From assembly GCF_006345805.1 (NCBI RefSeq), contig NC_043018.1:25234001-25298000 (forward strand): a DNA stretch of 64,000 bases. Direction: 5' to 3'. Origin of the DNA: Octopus sinensis (Eukaryota). Numbering within the stretch: the first letter of the stretch is position 1; each line of letters begins with the position of its first letter. The notes beneath the pieces were generated by a model. It saw nothing but the letters and a program-made list of their open reading frames with translations, was not told where the DNA came from and searched no databases. A program made the position numbers and the translations under genes. This document shows, piece by piece, positions 27,205-41,627 of the stretch.

Positions 27205-27425
27205 AATAATAATTCGTTCGTTTATTGGCCACAAGGGCTAACAAAAATCAATTAAAACATAAAGGGACAAAACACAGGACGAAAGTTGCAAAGGGTTATG
27301 TCCGTTTGAAAAAAGTCCGTGTACCAAAGCAGGATAATAACGAAATATAAGTAACAATTAAAACTCCCAATAGGGGGAGGCACTTCGAAAGGGTTACTCA
27401 TGGAAAAACCCATAAAAGCCTAACA
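27205..27425 (-). mobile_element. Probable LINE 3' end inserted in a degenerate SINE
   Basis: Ends ...gttagcccttgtggccaataaacgaacgaa plus (TTA)n on the minus strand and interrupts the SINE-A tail. Confidence 0.4.
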
Positions 27426-27594
27426 CAAGTAGTGGGGGTGGGTCAATTTATTCGACTAAACCCTTCAAGGTGGTGCTCTAGCATGGCCGCAATCCAGTGA
27501 CAGAAACAAAAGAAAGATTTTTAAAGAGGTCTTGAAGAAACAAAAGTCAGCGAGAGGGGTGGGGCGGCACCAAACCAATTATCACAAATCTATA

Positions 27595-27754
27595 GGCGCG
27601 GGAGTGGCTGTGTGGTAAGTAGTTTGTTTACCAACCACATGGTTCCGGGTTCAGTCCCACTGCGTGGCATCTTGGGCAAGTGTCTTCTACTGTAGCCTCG
27701 GGCCGACCAAAGCCTTGTGAGTGGATTTGGTAGACGGAAACTGAAAGAAGCCCG

Positions 27755-27797
<43 letters not shown>

Positions 27798-28025
27798 TGT
27801 GTGAGTTTGTGTGTCTGTGTTTGTCCCCCTAGCATTGCTTGACAACCGATGCTGGTGTGTTTATGTCCCCGTTACTTAGCGGTTCGGCAAAAGAAACCGA
27901 TAGAATAAGTACTGGGCTTAGAAAAGAATAAGTCACGGGGTCGAGTTGCTCGATTAAAGGCGGTGCTCCAGCATGGCCGCAGTCAAATGACTGAAACAAG
28001 TAAAAGAGTAAGAATAAAGAGAGTC
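27595..28025 (+). mobile_element. SINE family A near-consensus copy (intron 1)
   Basis: Head, internal microsatellite and tail present. Confidence 0.85.
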
Positions 28026-28487
28026 AATAATTTCATTGTTGAACACTTTGGAACTGGCATAATTCTTTCAAGTTGTGCAACTGAAATACAACGCCAGCAA
28101 TATTCCACTTAATTATGAACATCTTAGACTTAATTATTCTCGTCACTTTATTGGCTTCGTGACAGGTGTTTTGCGTTTCGTAGCGTTGAGATGTTCTGCC
28201 AGTTTTCAAAATAATCAGCGACCCAAGAATTATAAACGTGCTTGTTTTACACTTTCGCAAATTTATCATCTCTTTTAGTTTCCTGAACAAACACATGGTA
28301 ATAATCTTAATAATAATAATAATAATCCTTTCTACTACTGAACAAGACCCGAAATTTTGGAGAAAGGAGCTTGTTGGGCATACACCTCCACCCCCTTTCC
28401 CGCACGTGTTTGTTTTTTCATAACTTGCAGAAAAAAAATGGTATTTTTAAAGAAACTTTCAACAAATATGTTTTAAATGGTGTAGAT

Positions 28488-29570
<1,083 letters not shown>

Positions 29571-29884
29571 TATTTCTTTTATTTAGCCACTCAGGGCTCA
29601 ACATAGAGGAGGCATCACAAAGATGGACAAATTAACATACAGTGCGATGACAGAGAGATGATAAATATAATGAAATCGAATAAAAATTCCAACAAAATCG
29701 AGTAAATAATTAAGAATCAACTTTCTATCGCCATGTTGGTTCACCCATCGTCGTTATCCGGCGTATCCTTTTTCGTCGTAGGATGGCTGCACTTAGACAT
29801 TTCCATTTACTTGCAGCTTTCTTACCACGTTTGTCTATCTTAGGTTGGGAACAAATGGTATAGATTCTAATTATATCAATTTAT

Positions 29885-30325
29885 GACAAAAAAATTTTCC
29901 GTGGGTGGGGAGGAAGATTTCGGAAAATTCACACGAATTAGCTTTGGGTAGTTTTTTTTTTAATATAATTTTCAGTAAATACTTTTCGGAGTGTGTAGAT
30001 TACGATTATATCAGAATTTAATACGGGGAAAAAATTGATTAACTCGTATACACATATATACTGACACACGTCACATATATCCATAAAATGAAACTTGAAA
30101 TTTCAAAAGAAATTGTGACGTGTGTCGGTATATACGTGTACGACCCGACCGATTTTCGTTTTTGTACAAAATTCCTCTACAGTCGTAATCTACACACTCT
30201 GAAAAGTATTTGTTGAAAATTTCATTAAAAAAAGGTACACATTTCTCTGAAATTTACAAGGAAACAAAGCCGAATCGTGTTAAATTTTCGAAACTCGTCT
30301 CCCCACCCACAGAAAAAAAATTTCA
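29885..30325. mobile_element. Degenerate foldback element (~440 bp)
   Basis: Nested inverted blocks: aatacttttcggagtgtgtagattacga / tcgtaatctacacactctgaaaagtatt; gacacacgtcaca / tgtgacgtgtgtc; gtgggtggggag / ctccccacccac. Confidence 0.65.
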
Positions 30326-31984
30326 GAACAAAATGTACACTATCTGAAACGTATTTGTAAAAATAAAAATTCATTAAAAAATGATTGTTTTTCTGAAAGT
30401 TATCAGAAAACAAAATCGTGGTTTGAGGAATACACTCGATTACATCGACTCCAGTGTTCAATTGATATTTATTTTATCGACCCTGAGAGAATGAAAAACA
30501 AAGTCGACTTCGGTGAGATCTGAACTCAGGACGTAAAGATGGATGAAATGCCGCTAAACTTTTTGTCTGACGTGTTACAACGATTCTGCCAGCTCTCCGA
30601 ATTCCTCCTCGTTAAGGCAAAATGGCAGGCAATTTTGAGAGCAAGTCGATAACATCGACCCCAGTGTTCAACTGGTACGTATTTTATCGACCTCGAAAGG
30701 TTGCAAAGCAAATTAAGACTCAGAACGTAAAGAGACTCAATGCCACTGAGCATTTTTGTCCGATGCACTAACGATTCTCACCGCCTCAATAATAATAATG
30801 ATAATAATAATAATAATCCTTTCTACTATAGGCAGAAGGCCTGAATTTTTTTGGAGGTGGGGCGGTAGTTGATCACATCAACTATTCAGTTAGTACTTAT
30901 TTTATTAACCCCTAAAGGATGAAAAGCAAAGTCGACCGCGGCGGGATTTGAACTCAGAACGGAAAGACGAACGAAATACTGTTAAGCATTTCGCCCGGCA
31001 TGCTAACGATTCTGCCACGTCGCTGCCTTTTTGTTTGGCGAGGCACAAGGCCTGAAATTTGGTGGGGTAGGGTTAAGTCGATTACATCGACCCCCAGTTC
31101 TCAACTGGTACTTAATTTATCGACCCCGAAAGGATGAAAGGCAAAGTCGACCTAGGCGGGATTTGAACTCAGAACGGAAAGACGGACGAAATACATAATA
31201 CCGATTTTGCTTAGCGGAAATAATGTCAAACAAATGGTTTCGCGTACAGCAAGGTGAATTTTTTTTGCCAGTGTTCGACTCGTATTGTCTAATTTTTATA
31301 GCAGAAAATACGTTTATATTAAGGAACATCAAATTCATGAAATAAATAAACAATTACAAAACATAGTTTTTACGAATAGCGTAAAAGTTTGGGAGTAAAT
31401 TATCGCTGGAATATCTCCCGTAGTGAAAATTAAAACGGTACGCTATACTCCTTGATCGTCAAATGCTTTTATAAATACTGCTTGATGTTTTTCAAACATA
31501 GCCATAACATTACATAACTGTGATATATTATTATATCTCTAAACATATCGTTTTACAAAATAAATATTATGTCCTCCGAAGGTATTCAATAGTGAAAATA
31601 TGAAAGTTAGGATCGTAAAGCTCCCGTTTCAACTTGTCAAACCATTACGTCCACCGGCTGTTTATGTTACAAAGTTTTAACCCGTTTTGCATTGATGAAA
31701 AGAAGGGGTATATAAGAATGAAAGAAGGTCTGTTTGTGCTATGAACTTCTCAAAATTTTCGTGTGTGTGTGTGTAGGTATACCTACACAAGTGTACCCTC
31801 TCACCAACTTGCTTCCTCGTACCTTTAAGAAAAATGGGTATTTTTTAATGAAATATTCAACAAATCCCTCTCAGATTGTATCAGATTACGATTGGTGTCA
31901 ATTACGCACACATACACACTGATAAACAGCTCATAATTGTTTCAAAATTTCAAGTTGTCATGGATGATTTTGTATGCAGAACCA

Positions 31985-32258
31985 TGACTAATTTGCAGAG
32001 AATATACCAGAACCATCTCCAAGCTTGTTGAATTGGTGCAGATTGATGAGTGTCTTGTTCCATCTTCGTGCTTTACACTTGTCCAACCATTCTTTTAACT
32101 TGCCAATCCACTCATACACACTTCTACATGACAGAAGGCTATCCCCATACTGTATTGAAAGGCTGTGATGAATTTCAGCACCTGACACACCTTCAGACCA
32201 AGGAAATCAGATCACTGATCCTTATTCTTCCTTGGTGCACACTGTCGGTAGAGTAGCC
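31985..32258 (-). pseudogene. Mariner transposase N-terminal (HTH) fragment
   Basis: CTKEE*GSVI*FPWSEGVSGAEIHHSLSIQYGDSLLSCRSVYEWI, mariner DNA-binding domain, decayed. Confidence 0.8.
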
Positions 32259-32862
32259 ATGTTTAAACAAGAAAGAAAATTGGAGGAATCCTGCTCAGAT
32301 CTTAAAGCAGTGAGCTGGCATAAACGTTAGCATACCAGGTAAAATGCTTAGCAGTATTTCATCTGCCTTTACATTCTGAGTTCAAATTCCATCAAAGTCA
32401 ACTTTGCCTTTCATCCTTTTGGAGTCAAAAAATTAAGTACCAGTTGCGTAGTGGGGATCAATCTAATTAATTGGCCTCCTTCCCCAAAATTTCGGGCCTT
32501 GTGTCTAGAGCAGAAAAGAATCCAGCTCAGACCTTGCTTACGTAACCACAAAAGTGCTGAAAGCAGTACAACCACCTAAAGAAAGTTTTAGCAAAAGTGC
32601 AGATAATTTTTCACTTACTCTTGTGCATCATCATCATCATCGTTTAGCGTCCGTTTTCCATGCTAGCATGTGTATATATATATATATATAATGTAGCTAT
32701 TCCAATTTCGTATGTAGTTATATAGGCGTCTCTGTCTGAAGAATTTCTACTTGTAAATTTCTTACATGTTTATCTTACATGTACAATTTTGTAATTCCTG
32801 TTAGCAAATAAGACATGTGCAATGGTGAATAAATAATACCAAAACATTTTTCTAACTCCTTG

Positions 32863-32909
<47 letters not shown>

Positions 32910-33084
32910 TACAAGATCTAATATCTACTCTTATCAGTTTAAAAAATATGTATATATATACATACATAAGGAGTAATAAAATACCAACAGCGAAGTCTCT
33001 GGTTGCCAACACTAGAGTTATTGGCAGTGCACCAGATCTTTTCACTGTTTTGGCCATTTAAGTTCCATATGTCTCCATCTGAGC

Positions 33085-33509
33085 CAGGGCCGGATTAAGA
33101 CTCATCGAGGCCCTGGCACTTAAAATATATTGGTGCCTCCGTAAAAGACAATGTAATTCAAAATATAAACAATAACAAGCCATAAAATAAATTTTTATTT
33201 TTCAAAATGAAACTAAACAATAAGAGGGAAAATAATGTTTATTTTTGTATACTTCTACTTTATTTATATTTGAAAAATTTCCTCCTACTTTTTTGAATTG
33301 CAAAGTCTTTGATCAGATCCTCAACATTAATCTTTGGTAACACATCTGCATCTATACTTAGCAGAGATAAAGGCATCCTGAATATTATTTTAGCAAGTTT
33401 AAAGTGATTTCTTTTGTGCCATAAACCATCTACCATTTCTGTGGTACCCTCTCCTTCCCTTGATGCCCTAAGCCCATGCTTATTTTGCTTAATGGTTAAT
33501 CCAGCACTG
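33085..33509 (-). mobile_element. hAT internal-deletion derivative with 8-bp TSD ATCTGAGC
   Basis: TIRs cagggccggattaa / ttaatccagcactg. Perfect TSD at 33077-33084 and 33510-33517. Retains the hAT dimerisation-domain tail LSLLSIDADVLPKINVEDLIKDFAIQK. Confidence 0.85.
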
Positions 33510-34137
33510 ATCTGAGCTAATCAGTGCTGCTTCAGATACCCGGATCGGTACCTTTTCTAATATTTACTTGCCAATTTAGGCACTGTCCAACATAAACCAA
33601 CTTCCACTGCCACTCAACTCTCTCTCTCTCACTTTAAACAGAATGCAAGAACTGTTTGTGTTAGGCATGGCTGTGTGGTAAAAAGTTCACTTCCCAACCA
33701 CATGGCTCCAGGTTCAGTCCCATTGTGTGGCACTTTGAACAATATAGCTCCTGGGCCAACCAAAACCTTGTTAACGGATTTGGTCGACCCAAACTGAAAG
33801 AAGGCCGTCAAATATGTATATGTGTATATGCATGTCATTGTGTTTGTCCCCACTCCCACCACTTGACAACCAATGTTGGTTTATTTACATCCCCATGACT
33901 TAAAAGTTCAGTGAAAAGAGACCCATACAATAACTACTGGGGTCAATTTGTTCAACTAAACCTTTCAAGGCCATGCCCAGCGTTGTTGCAACCTAGTGAC
34001 TGATACAAGTAAAAGATAAGAGATATGCACCCGTTTTCTATTTGTGACTATTAAAAGGCTTTTTTTTCTTCTTAAGACAAAAAAAAATCTCTGAATATTT
34101 AAAACAAAATTGTATTGTATGTAGATATGTGTGTGTG

Positions 34138-34212
<75 letters not shown>

Positions 34213-34668
34213 CTTTGAATGTAAAATGTGACCCCTGTTTCAGAGTAATTATATATTTTATATGAGGGACATTACAAAGGTTTTTAGCTAATTGCATATT
34301 CTGTGTGGGAAATTTTACTGTCCTGTTTTTTGCCTCCAGAGTGATTGTGTACATGGGTTTGTTTATTTGTATGTATGTGTGTGTATATATATATATATTG
34401 TGTGTGTATGATGAACTCAATTCACCACCTCTTTTAAGACAATTATATAACAATATCTTTTGTTATGTGTCTATAATAACTAGACACCTTTGTATTTTTG
34501 TGTAGATGTTTGTAATGTATATGAGAGTGTGTATGCATTCAAACAAATACACTATACACATGTGTACATTTATGTGTATAATTATATAATATATATATAT
34601 AAGCTTGTATATGCATATGATTATATATAAGTATACATATACAAATGTACAGGCACATACAAATACCT

Positions 34669-34701
<33 letters not shown>

Positions 34702-34903
34702 CACTATTTTGTTTTTACTATCATTTTTCCTTGTTATCATGGGTTAGGTGAATATATTATTGAAGCACTGTTTTGCAGCCAGGTGCTTTTCATATCACTA
34801 ACACATCTTCAGAGAACAATTTGTTGAGAAAGAAAAAAATAACGTCACTATATGTAGCTCATGGTTTTGTTCAGAAAATTAGAGGTGTAAACACACACAC
34901 ACA

Positions 34904-34958
<55 letters not shown>

Positions 34959-34975
34959 TACATGCATGCATACAT

Positions 34976-35010
<35 letters not shown>

Positions 35011-35824
35011 TATGATGAGCTTCTTGCAGTTTCTATTTGCCAAATCTACTCATAAGGCTTTGATTGGCCCAATTTGCCATCCTGTGGAACTGAACCTGAA
35101 ACCTCATGGCTATGTGGTAAGAAGCCTGCTTCCCAGCCACATGGTTCTGGGTTCAGTCTCACTGCATTGCACCTTGGGCAAGTGTCTTCTACTATAGGCT
35201 TGGGCCAACCAGAACCTTGTAAATAGATTAGGTTGATGGAAACTGAAAGAAGCCCATTGTATACATATATATGTATGTATGTATCTTTGTGTTTATGTCT
35301 CCACATCACTGCTTGACAACCAGTGTCGGTGTGTTTACATCCCCATAACTTAGCAGTTCAGCAAAAGAGACCAATAGAATAAGTACTAGGCTTTAAAAAT
35401 AAGTCCTTGGGTCAATTTGTTCAACTAAAACCCTTCAAGGCAGTGCCCCAGCATGGCCTCAGTCAAATGACTGAAACAAAATAAAAGATATATATATATA
35501 TACATGCACCATCATCATTTAATGTCTGTTTTCCATCCTGGCATGGGTTGGACAGTTTGACAGGAGCTGGCAAGCCAGAGGGTTGCCCCAGGTTCTGGTC
35601 ATGTTTTGGTATGGTTTCCCTGGCTAGATACCCTTTCCAATGTTAACCCTTTTACAGAGTGTACTGGGTGCTTTTTTAACATGGTACCATCACAGGTGTT
35701 TCATTATGTGATGCTGTCACAGGTGCTTCTTATTGTGTACATGTATAATTCTCCATTTTATTTAAATTGTCTTACATTCTATCTCTATACATACACACTG
35801 TGTGTGTATATGTATACTCTTTTA

Positions 35825-36027
35825 TACTCCTTTACTTGTTTCAGTCATTTGACTGCAGCCATACTGGAGCACCGCCTTTAGTCGAGCAAATCGACCCCGG
35901 GTCTTATTCTTTGTAAGCCCAGTACTTATTCTATCGGTCTCTTTTGCTGAACCGCTAAGTGACGGGGACGTAAACACACCAGCATCGGTTGTCAAGCAAT
36001 GCTAGGGGTACAAACACAGACACACAA

Positions 36028-36062
<35 letters not shown>

Positions 36063-36232
36063 CATATATATGACAGGCTTCTTTCAGTTTCCGTCTACCA
36101 AATCCACTCACAAGGCATTGGTCGGCCTGGGGCTATAGCAGAAGACACTTGCCCAAGATGCCAGGCAGTGGGACTGAACACGGAACCATGTGGTTGGTTA
36201 GCAAGCTACTTACCTCACAGCCACTCCTGCGC

Positions 36233-36235
<3 letters not shown>
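35825..36235 (-). mobile_element. SINE family A near-consensus copy (intron 1)
   Basis: Inverted relative to the 35108-35490 and 27595 copies. Confidence 0.85.
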
Positions 36236-36326
<91 letters not shown>

Positions 36327-36797
36327 GCTAGTGTACCTGCACTACATTAATAAATTAGTCCATTCATTTAAAACAAAAAAAACAGACAAAAATGTGGGGA
36401 GGTCGAGAATACATAACAGCTCCTTACACTCTGATATTATCTTGACCTCCAGGTCACTGCTGAAGAATAAAAATATAAATTATAAAAGATTTCTTTTACT
36501 ATTATGTTGTAAATTATTATTGTTGTTGTTGTTGTTATTATCATCATCATCGTCGTCATTATTTCTCTCTTTGTTTGAAGACATAACCGAACTTCTAATT
36601 TCTGTGGCTGACAGCACAGGAACAACATCAGGGTGGCAGTTAATATGGGTGGGCGGACTGGACTGAGAGACGTAACTGGGGTACTAAGCAGAATTGTGTT
36701 GAGTTTTGTTGTATTGAAGGAGTTTAAAAGCATTCAGCTTTTGTCTGTTTATGCCACAATAGCTTAACTTCCTCCACCTCTGAATACCTTATAGACA

Positions 36798-36871
<74 letters not shown>

Positions 36872-37671
36872 GCCCCTACATACATAGAAGCCAACATCTA
36901 CATTGACCTTAAACTGTTGACAATGTATTTGGCATAGTCTGTACCCTCTTCCTTCTTTCCCTGCTTTTATGCTTCTATAACAGGTGTCTGGCATTTGGGT
37001 TTAAAGGAAGGAAATTTTGTTATTGTCTTCTTTTTTTGTTTTTAACATTCTATCAGGTGTGTGTGTGTAGTCTATGCAAAGGTATATGCATGTGTGTGAT
37101 TGAAAAGAAGTTACAGAAAAAAATGCTTTCAAACGTTTTTTGATCTTTCTAGATTAAGTATTATATAACATTATGCTATTTGTTTCATTTTGTTCATTCA
37201 TTCATTCATTTCACATCCAATGTATCATGCTAGCATGGGTTAGATGAATACATATTATGGTGTTGTTATTGCCAGATGCTCTTCCTGTCACTAACCTTTA
37301 CCTGTTTTCTATACATCTTTGAATGTATAAGAGCTAACAGATGATTTCTTTTGTTTTTGACAGGGAATAAAAACAAGCTTCACCATTTGTAGCTCTGCAC
37401 TTTTTCATGTAAAGCACAGAATGCAAACATTCATACACGAAACATACATACACACTTGTACATGCATGCATACATACACATGCAAAACTGTGTGTGTGGC
37501 TGTGTGGTAAGAAGTTTACTTCCCAACCATATGGTTTTGGGTTCAGTCCCACTGCACAACTCTCTCAACAAGTATCTTTTACTATATAGCCCCCTAGACA
37601 ATCAAAGCCTTGTGAATGAATTTGGTTGGCAGAGCCTAAAAGAAAACCATCATGAATGCATATATTTATGT

Positions 37672-38015
37672 GAAGGCATGTGGCTTAGTGGTTAGTGTCG
37701 GGCTCACAATCATGAGGTAGTGAGTTTGATTCCCAGATCGGGCTGTGTGTTGTGTTCTTGAGCAAGACACTTCATTTCATGTAACTCTAGTTCACTCATT
37801 TGTAGAAATGAGTTGTGACATCACTGGTAGCAAGCTATACCAGCCTTTGCCTTTTCCTTGGATAACATCGGTGGCATGGAGAGAGGAGGCTGGTATGCAT
37901 GGGCAACTGCTAGTCTTCCATAAACAACCTTACTCTGACTTGTGCCTTGTAGGGGAACTTTCTAGGTGCAATCTGATGGCCATTCATGTCCAAAAGGGTT
38001 TTTACCCTTTTACAC
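37672..38015 (+). mobile_element. SINE family E (tRNA head ggcatgtggcttagtggttag..gtttgattccc, ttgagcaagacactt core)
   Basis: Clear A and B boxes. Minus-strand copies at ~45510-45708 and 47495-47575. Confidence 0.7.
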
Positions 38016-38239
38016 AAAATTGGTCATACTATATGCAATGAGGTATGAGATGAAATTAATCTCAGTTTCTGAAACTACCTATGCACCAATTAACAAGCCA
38101 ATGAGGGTGCTTCTTCATGGTTATTCAACCTATAAGAAATAACAGCTAAATCTCATTCAAAAACATTGCTCCAATCCGTTTTTCACTTGTGGTACACTTA
38201 TATTCTTTTCAAAATTTGGCTGCACACCTGAACTAAAAA

Positions 38240-38465
38240 TACAGTAATCTCTCGACTATCACAGGTGTTACATTCCACCACCACCCCTGTGATAGATGAA
38301 AATCTGCGATGTAGAAACAGTACAGTATTGTATATTTTTTATTACTTTTATTATTTGTATACATTTTAAAAATTATAAATGTAAAACAACACTACGGAGG
38401 AATTGACGTAAGCTTAAATGATAAACCCCGATAGGTGACCCACAATATGGCAAGGGATTACTGTA
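38240..38465. mobile_element. pogo/Tigger-type MITE
   Basis: TA-CAGTAATCTCTCG ... CAAGGGATTACTG-TA terminal inverted repeats. Confidence 0.7.
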
Positions 38466-38641
38466 TAACTAAAAGTATAGGAAAAACAATTATAATCAGG
38501 TTACACAGCGGCACACAGCAGCATACCAGTTGCAGGGCACTGCTCTAAAACATAAAAAGGGGAACGGAAGGATATATTGGATTATGTTGTCCTAAATGTA
38601 CTCTGCCTGAATAGACAGAAAAAAGTTGCAGTTGAGACACT

Positions 38642-38845
38642 TTAACCCTTTTGTTACCAACCCGGCTGAAATTGGCTCTGGCTCTGAGTATAAATGTTTT
38701 CATAAGTTTTGAATTAAAATCTTACACCAAACCTTAGTCACAATTTATGTTGCTAACACTAGCTGAATGATAACTAAGTTGTTTTACAAAGTAATTGAAA
38801 GAAACACAGAGCATCTCAAAATAAATACAGTAACGAAAGGATTAA
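38642..38845. mobile_element. Second piggyBac-type MITE family
   Basis: ttaacccttttgttac...gtaacgaaaggattaa. Confidence 0.65.
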
Positions 38846-39114
38846 AACCCTTTAGCATTCAGATTATTCTGTTAAATGCAATGTTTATTCATTCACATTG
38901 TTTAGAATTAATCGTGTGTTATCTTGTAGCTTCAAGTGTTTGATGACATGGTAGTTTATTTTTAGAATGACAATGTAGGGTAGATGCGAGGGGTCAAATT
39001 TGACCAGTTTGAACATAAAGCAGGTGTAATATTTTGACAGAAACATTAGCACACCGGTGAAATGCTTCGCAGTATTTCATCTGTCTTTAAGTTTTAAGTT
39101 CAAATTTCGCCAAG

Positions 39115-39288
39115 AAACAGAAAAGAGATCTTCAAGAGAGATATAAGACCTACACAGTCTAATAACTGAAACATACAAAAGAAAAAAAAACCAGACACTC
39201 TTATTCTCACACAGGAACACCAAACCATTCCATGTAATCATTAAACAATTTGATCTTGTGCTTTCTGGAGAGTTCTTTATTTAAATTT
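39115..39288 (+). repeat. Chimeric local copy of exon 3 end (41694-41735) plus intron 3 (42435-42571) inside a SINE-C
   Basis: 38/42 identity to exon 3, about 4 differences over ~137 nt to intron 3, joined at CACA microhomology. Confidence 0.9.
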
Positions 39289-39757
39289 TCATCCTTTCGG
39301 GGTTGACAAATTAAGTTCCATTTGTGTACTGGGGTCGATCTAATCAACTGGCCCCTTCCCCCAAAATTTCAGACCTTGTGCCTAGGGTAGAAAAGAATAT
39401 TTTGGCTGGATGTAGAGGTGGTTTAAATACTGAAGGGTAAAGCATTGTCTGCTAGGTCAAGACTAACCTAGCATTAAACTCTAACTACAGACTGGGCAGT
39501 AGAGAACACGCCATAGGACCAGACTGTCACACTACAATCTCCAATCCTATGATAACCCACTTGTTGTGTGCCTGGGTGCAAAGTCTTGGTCTCTACTATG
39601 TGGAGCTGTATAGCAGGTGTACCTGGTGTGTGCATCGTACCTAGTCAATCACTAAATGATTGCTTGACTTGCTAGAAATAGCAACAGTCTACTTCAACTC
39701 ACACGCTACCATCTTAATGAATAAACAGCTATATTGGATAATGTAGTCTTAGATAGA

Positions 39758-39982
39758 TGCAAGGGGTTGCTGAAAAGTCCCTGGCTTTAAGAGTATTGCA
39801 AAAGGCCTGGTTGGAGGCCTAACCCTGCAAGTTCTTTTACAGGGCTTAGGAAAACTGAAACCCTGCTGTCAATAAGTGTGTGAGTCTGAGAAGGGGAATA
39901 TGTTGCATAAAACCATAATTAACTGAACCTCCTGTATTTTCTGTTATCCAAAGCCAGGAACTTTTCAGACACACTCCTCGTA
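39758..39982 (+). mobile_element. Mariner-derived MITE
   Basis: TIRs aggggttgctgaaaagtccctggctt / aagccaggaacttttcagacacactcctcgta. The interior retains the transposase C-terminus. Confidence 0.7.
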
Positions 39983-40156
39983 TACTGTGTCTGAATAAAA
40001 AGTACAGGATGGTCATGGTTGGAACATTTATGATCACATGTGGGGCTAAACAACAACACTGGATTATCTGTTTATGCATCAGGGATTCTCATGCTTGATT
40101 TAATCCAAGCTGGCTTAGGTACCATAAATTCTGCTACTGCTGCTGCTGCTACTACC

Positions 40157-40200
<44 letters not shown>

Positions 40201-40250
40201 CACCACCACTACTACTACTGTTACTACTACTACCACCACCACCGCTACCG

Positions 40251-40281
<31 letters not shown>

Positions 40282-40294
40282 CACTACCACCACC

Positions 40295-40327
<33 letters not shown>

Positions 40328-40344
40328 GGTTTTTGTCTCAACAG

Positions 40345-40421
40345 AAATAGAGATGTATGAGAAGCTGATCAACGAGCAGCACCAGGAAAATTCTTTACTT
40401 GAACTCAAAATATCTCAAATG
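40345..40421 (+). CDS. CCDC172: CCDC172-like exon 2 (E-IEMYEKLINEQHQENSLLELKISQM)
   Basis: Acceptor tttttgtctcaacag, donor ATG|GTAAGT, 77 nt, phase 1 to 0. Joins exon 1 in frame (G|AA = Glu). Confidence 0.85.
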
Positions 40422-41627
40422 GTAAGTGCTATTGTGGTTTTGAGACAGCTTCTTTGTGTGTGTGTGTGTGTGTGTAGATTTGAGGCTCGTTTGCTTTAAT
40501 CGTGTACATTTTAACCCTTTAACTGAGAAATTAAATTTCATGGTTATTATTCCAGAAATGTTATTAGATATCTACCAAATAAACAGAATTGGTATTTTCT
40601 GCAAAGCATATTACCAAAGTAAACTTGACAGATCTCAACAGGAAATTGTTTCAAACATGGCATTCCTCAACAAAAACAGATTGGTGTATTAAACTGCTTT
40701 CCTCAGTTAAGGGTAATGAAATTTTGAGGGGATATATCCAATTTCACACAGTAAAAGGGTTAATCTGTTTAAGTGACACGCATATTTTTGAGCCATGGCT
40801 GCTTGCTTTGCTGGAAATGCCAGCCAACTTTCACTCAAATCCTACCTTTGTGGCTTAACATTTTGACTGGGAAATTACATTTCATGATCATTCCAATAAG
40901 GATGTTAGATAGCTACCTAAAAATTAGAATTGGTATTTGCTGCAAATCATGTTGCTTCCAAAAACTTGATAGATATTCATCAATATCATTGTTTAATGTC
41001 CATTTTCCATTCTGGCATGAATTGGATGGTTGGACATGGAGCTGGCCATTGTCTGTTGTGGTATGGTTTTTGCAGCTGGATGCCCTTCCTAATGCCAACC
41101 ACTTAAGTGTGCTGGGTACTTTTACGTGCCACTATCATGAGTGCATTTACAGAGTGCCTGCATTGTATCCAGCTGTAAAAATCATGCCAAAGCAGACCCT
41201 GCCAATGCTGGTGCCACATAAAAAGCACCTAGGCCACTTTAGTAAAGTAATTGGCTTTAGGAAGGACTTCCAGCCATAACAACCATGCCAGAACAGACGG
41301 TGAAACCTGATGCAGTTTTCTGGTTTGCCAGCTCCTGTCAAACAGTCCAACCCATGCCAGCATGGAAAACTGACATTAAATGATGACTAATGATGATGAT
41401 TACAACAGTGATGATGATGATGATGATGATGATTACAGTTGATAATTAAAAAGGATATTATAGAATGAGATGACTATTAGTGTAGACCAACCAGTATGTT
41501 AGAAAAAGCAGTTTCTTGTTATTTATTGCTAATTCCCTAACCCTAACCCAATTAACCATTTGTTGTCATGTTTTATGGGTCTCTCTTTAGTGCGTTCATA
41601 ACCATTATTCATAATTTCTTCTTCCAG

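Noticed and set aside
36579-36666. Phase-1 cryptic or poison exon in intron 1 (DITELLISVADSTGTTSGWQLIWVGGLD*)
   Set aside because: It has a weak AAG acceptor, no clear donor and no homology; exon 1 to exon 2 splicing already fits CCDC172.
37672-37745. tRNA-like sequences at SINE heads
   Set aside because: They have A/B boxes but no complete cloverleaf and continue into SINE bodies.
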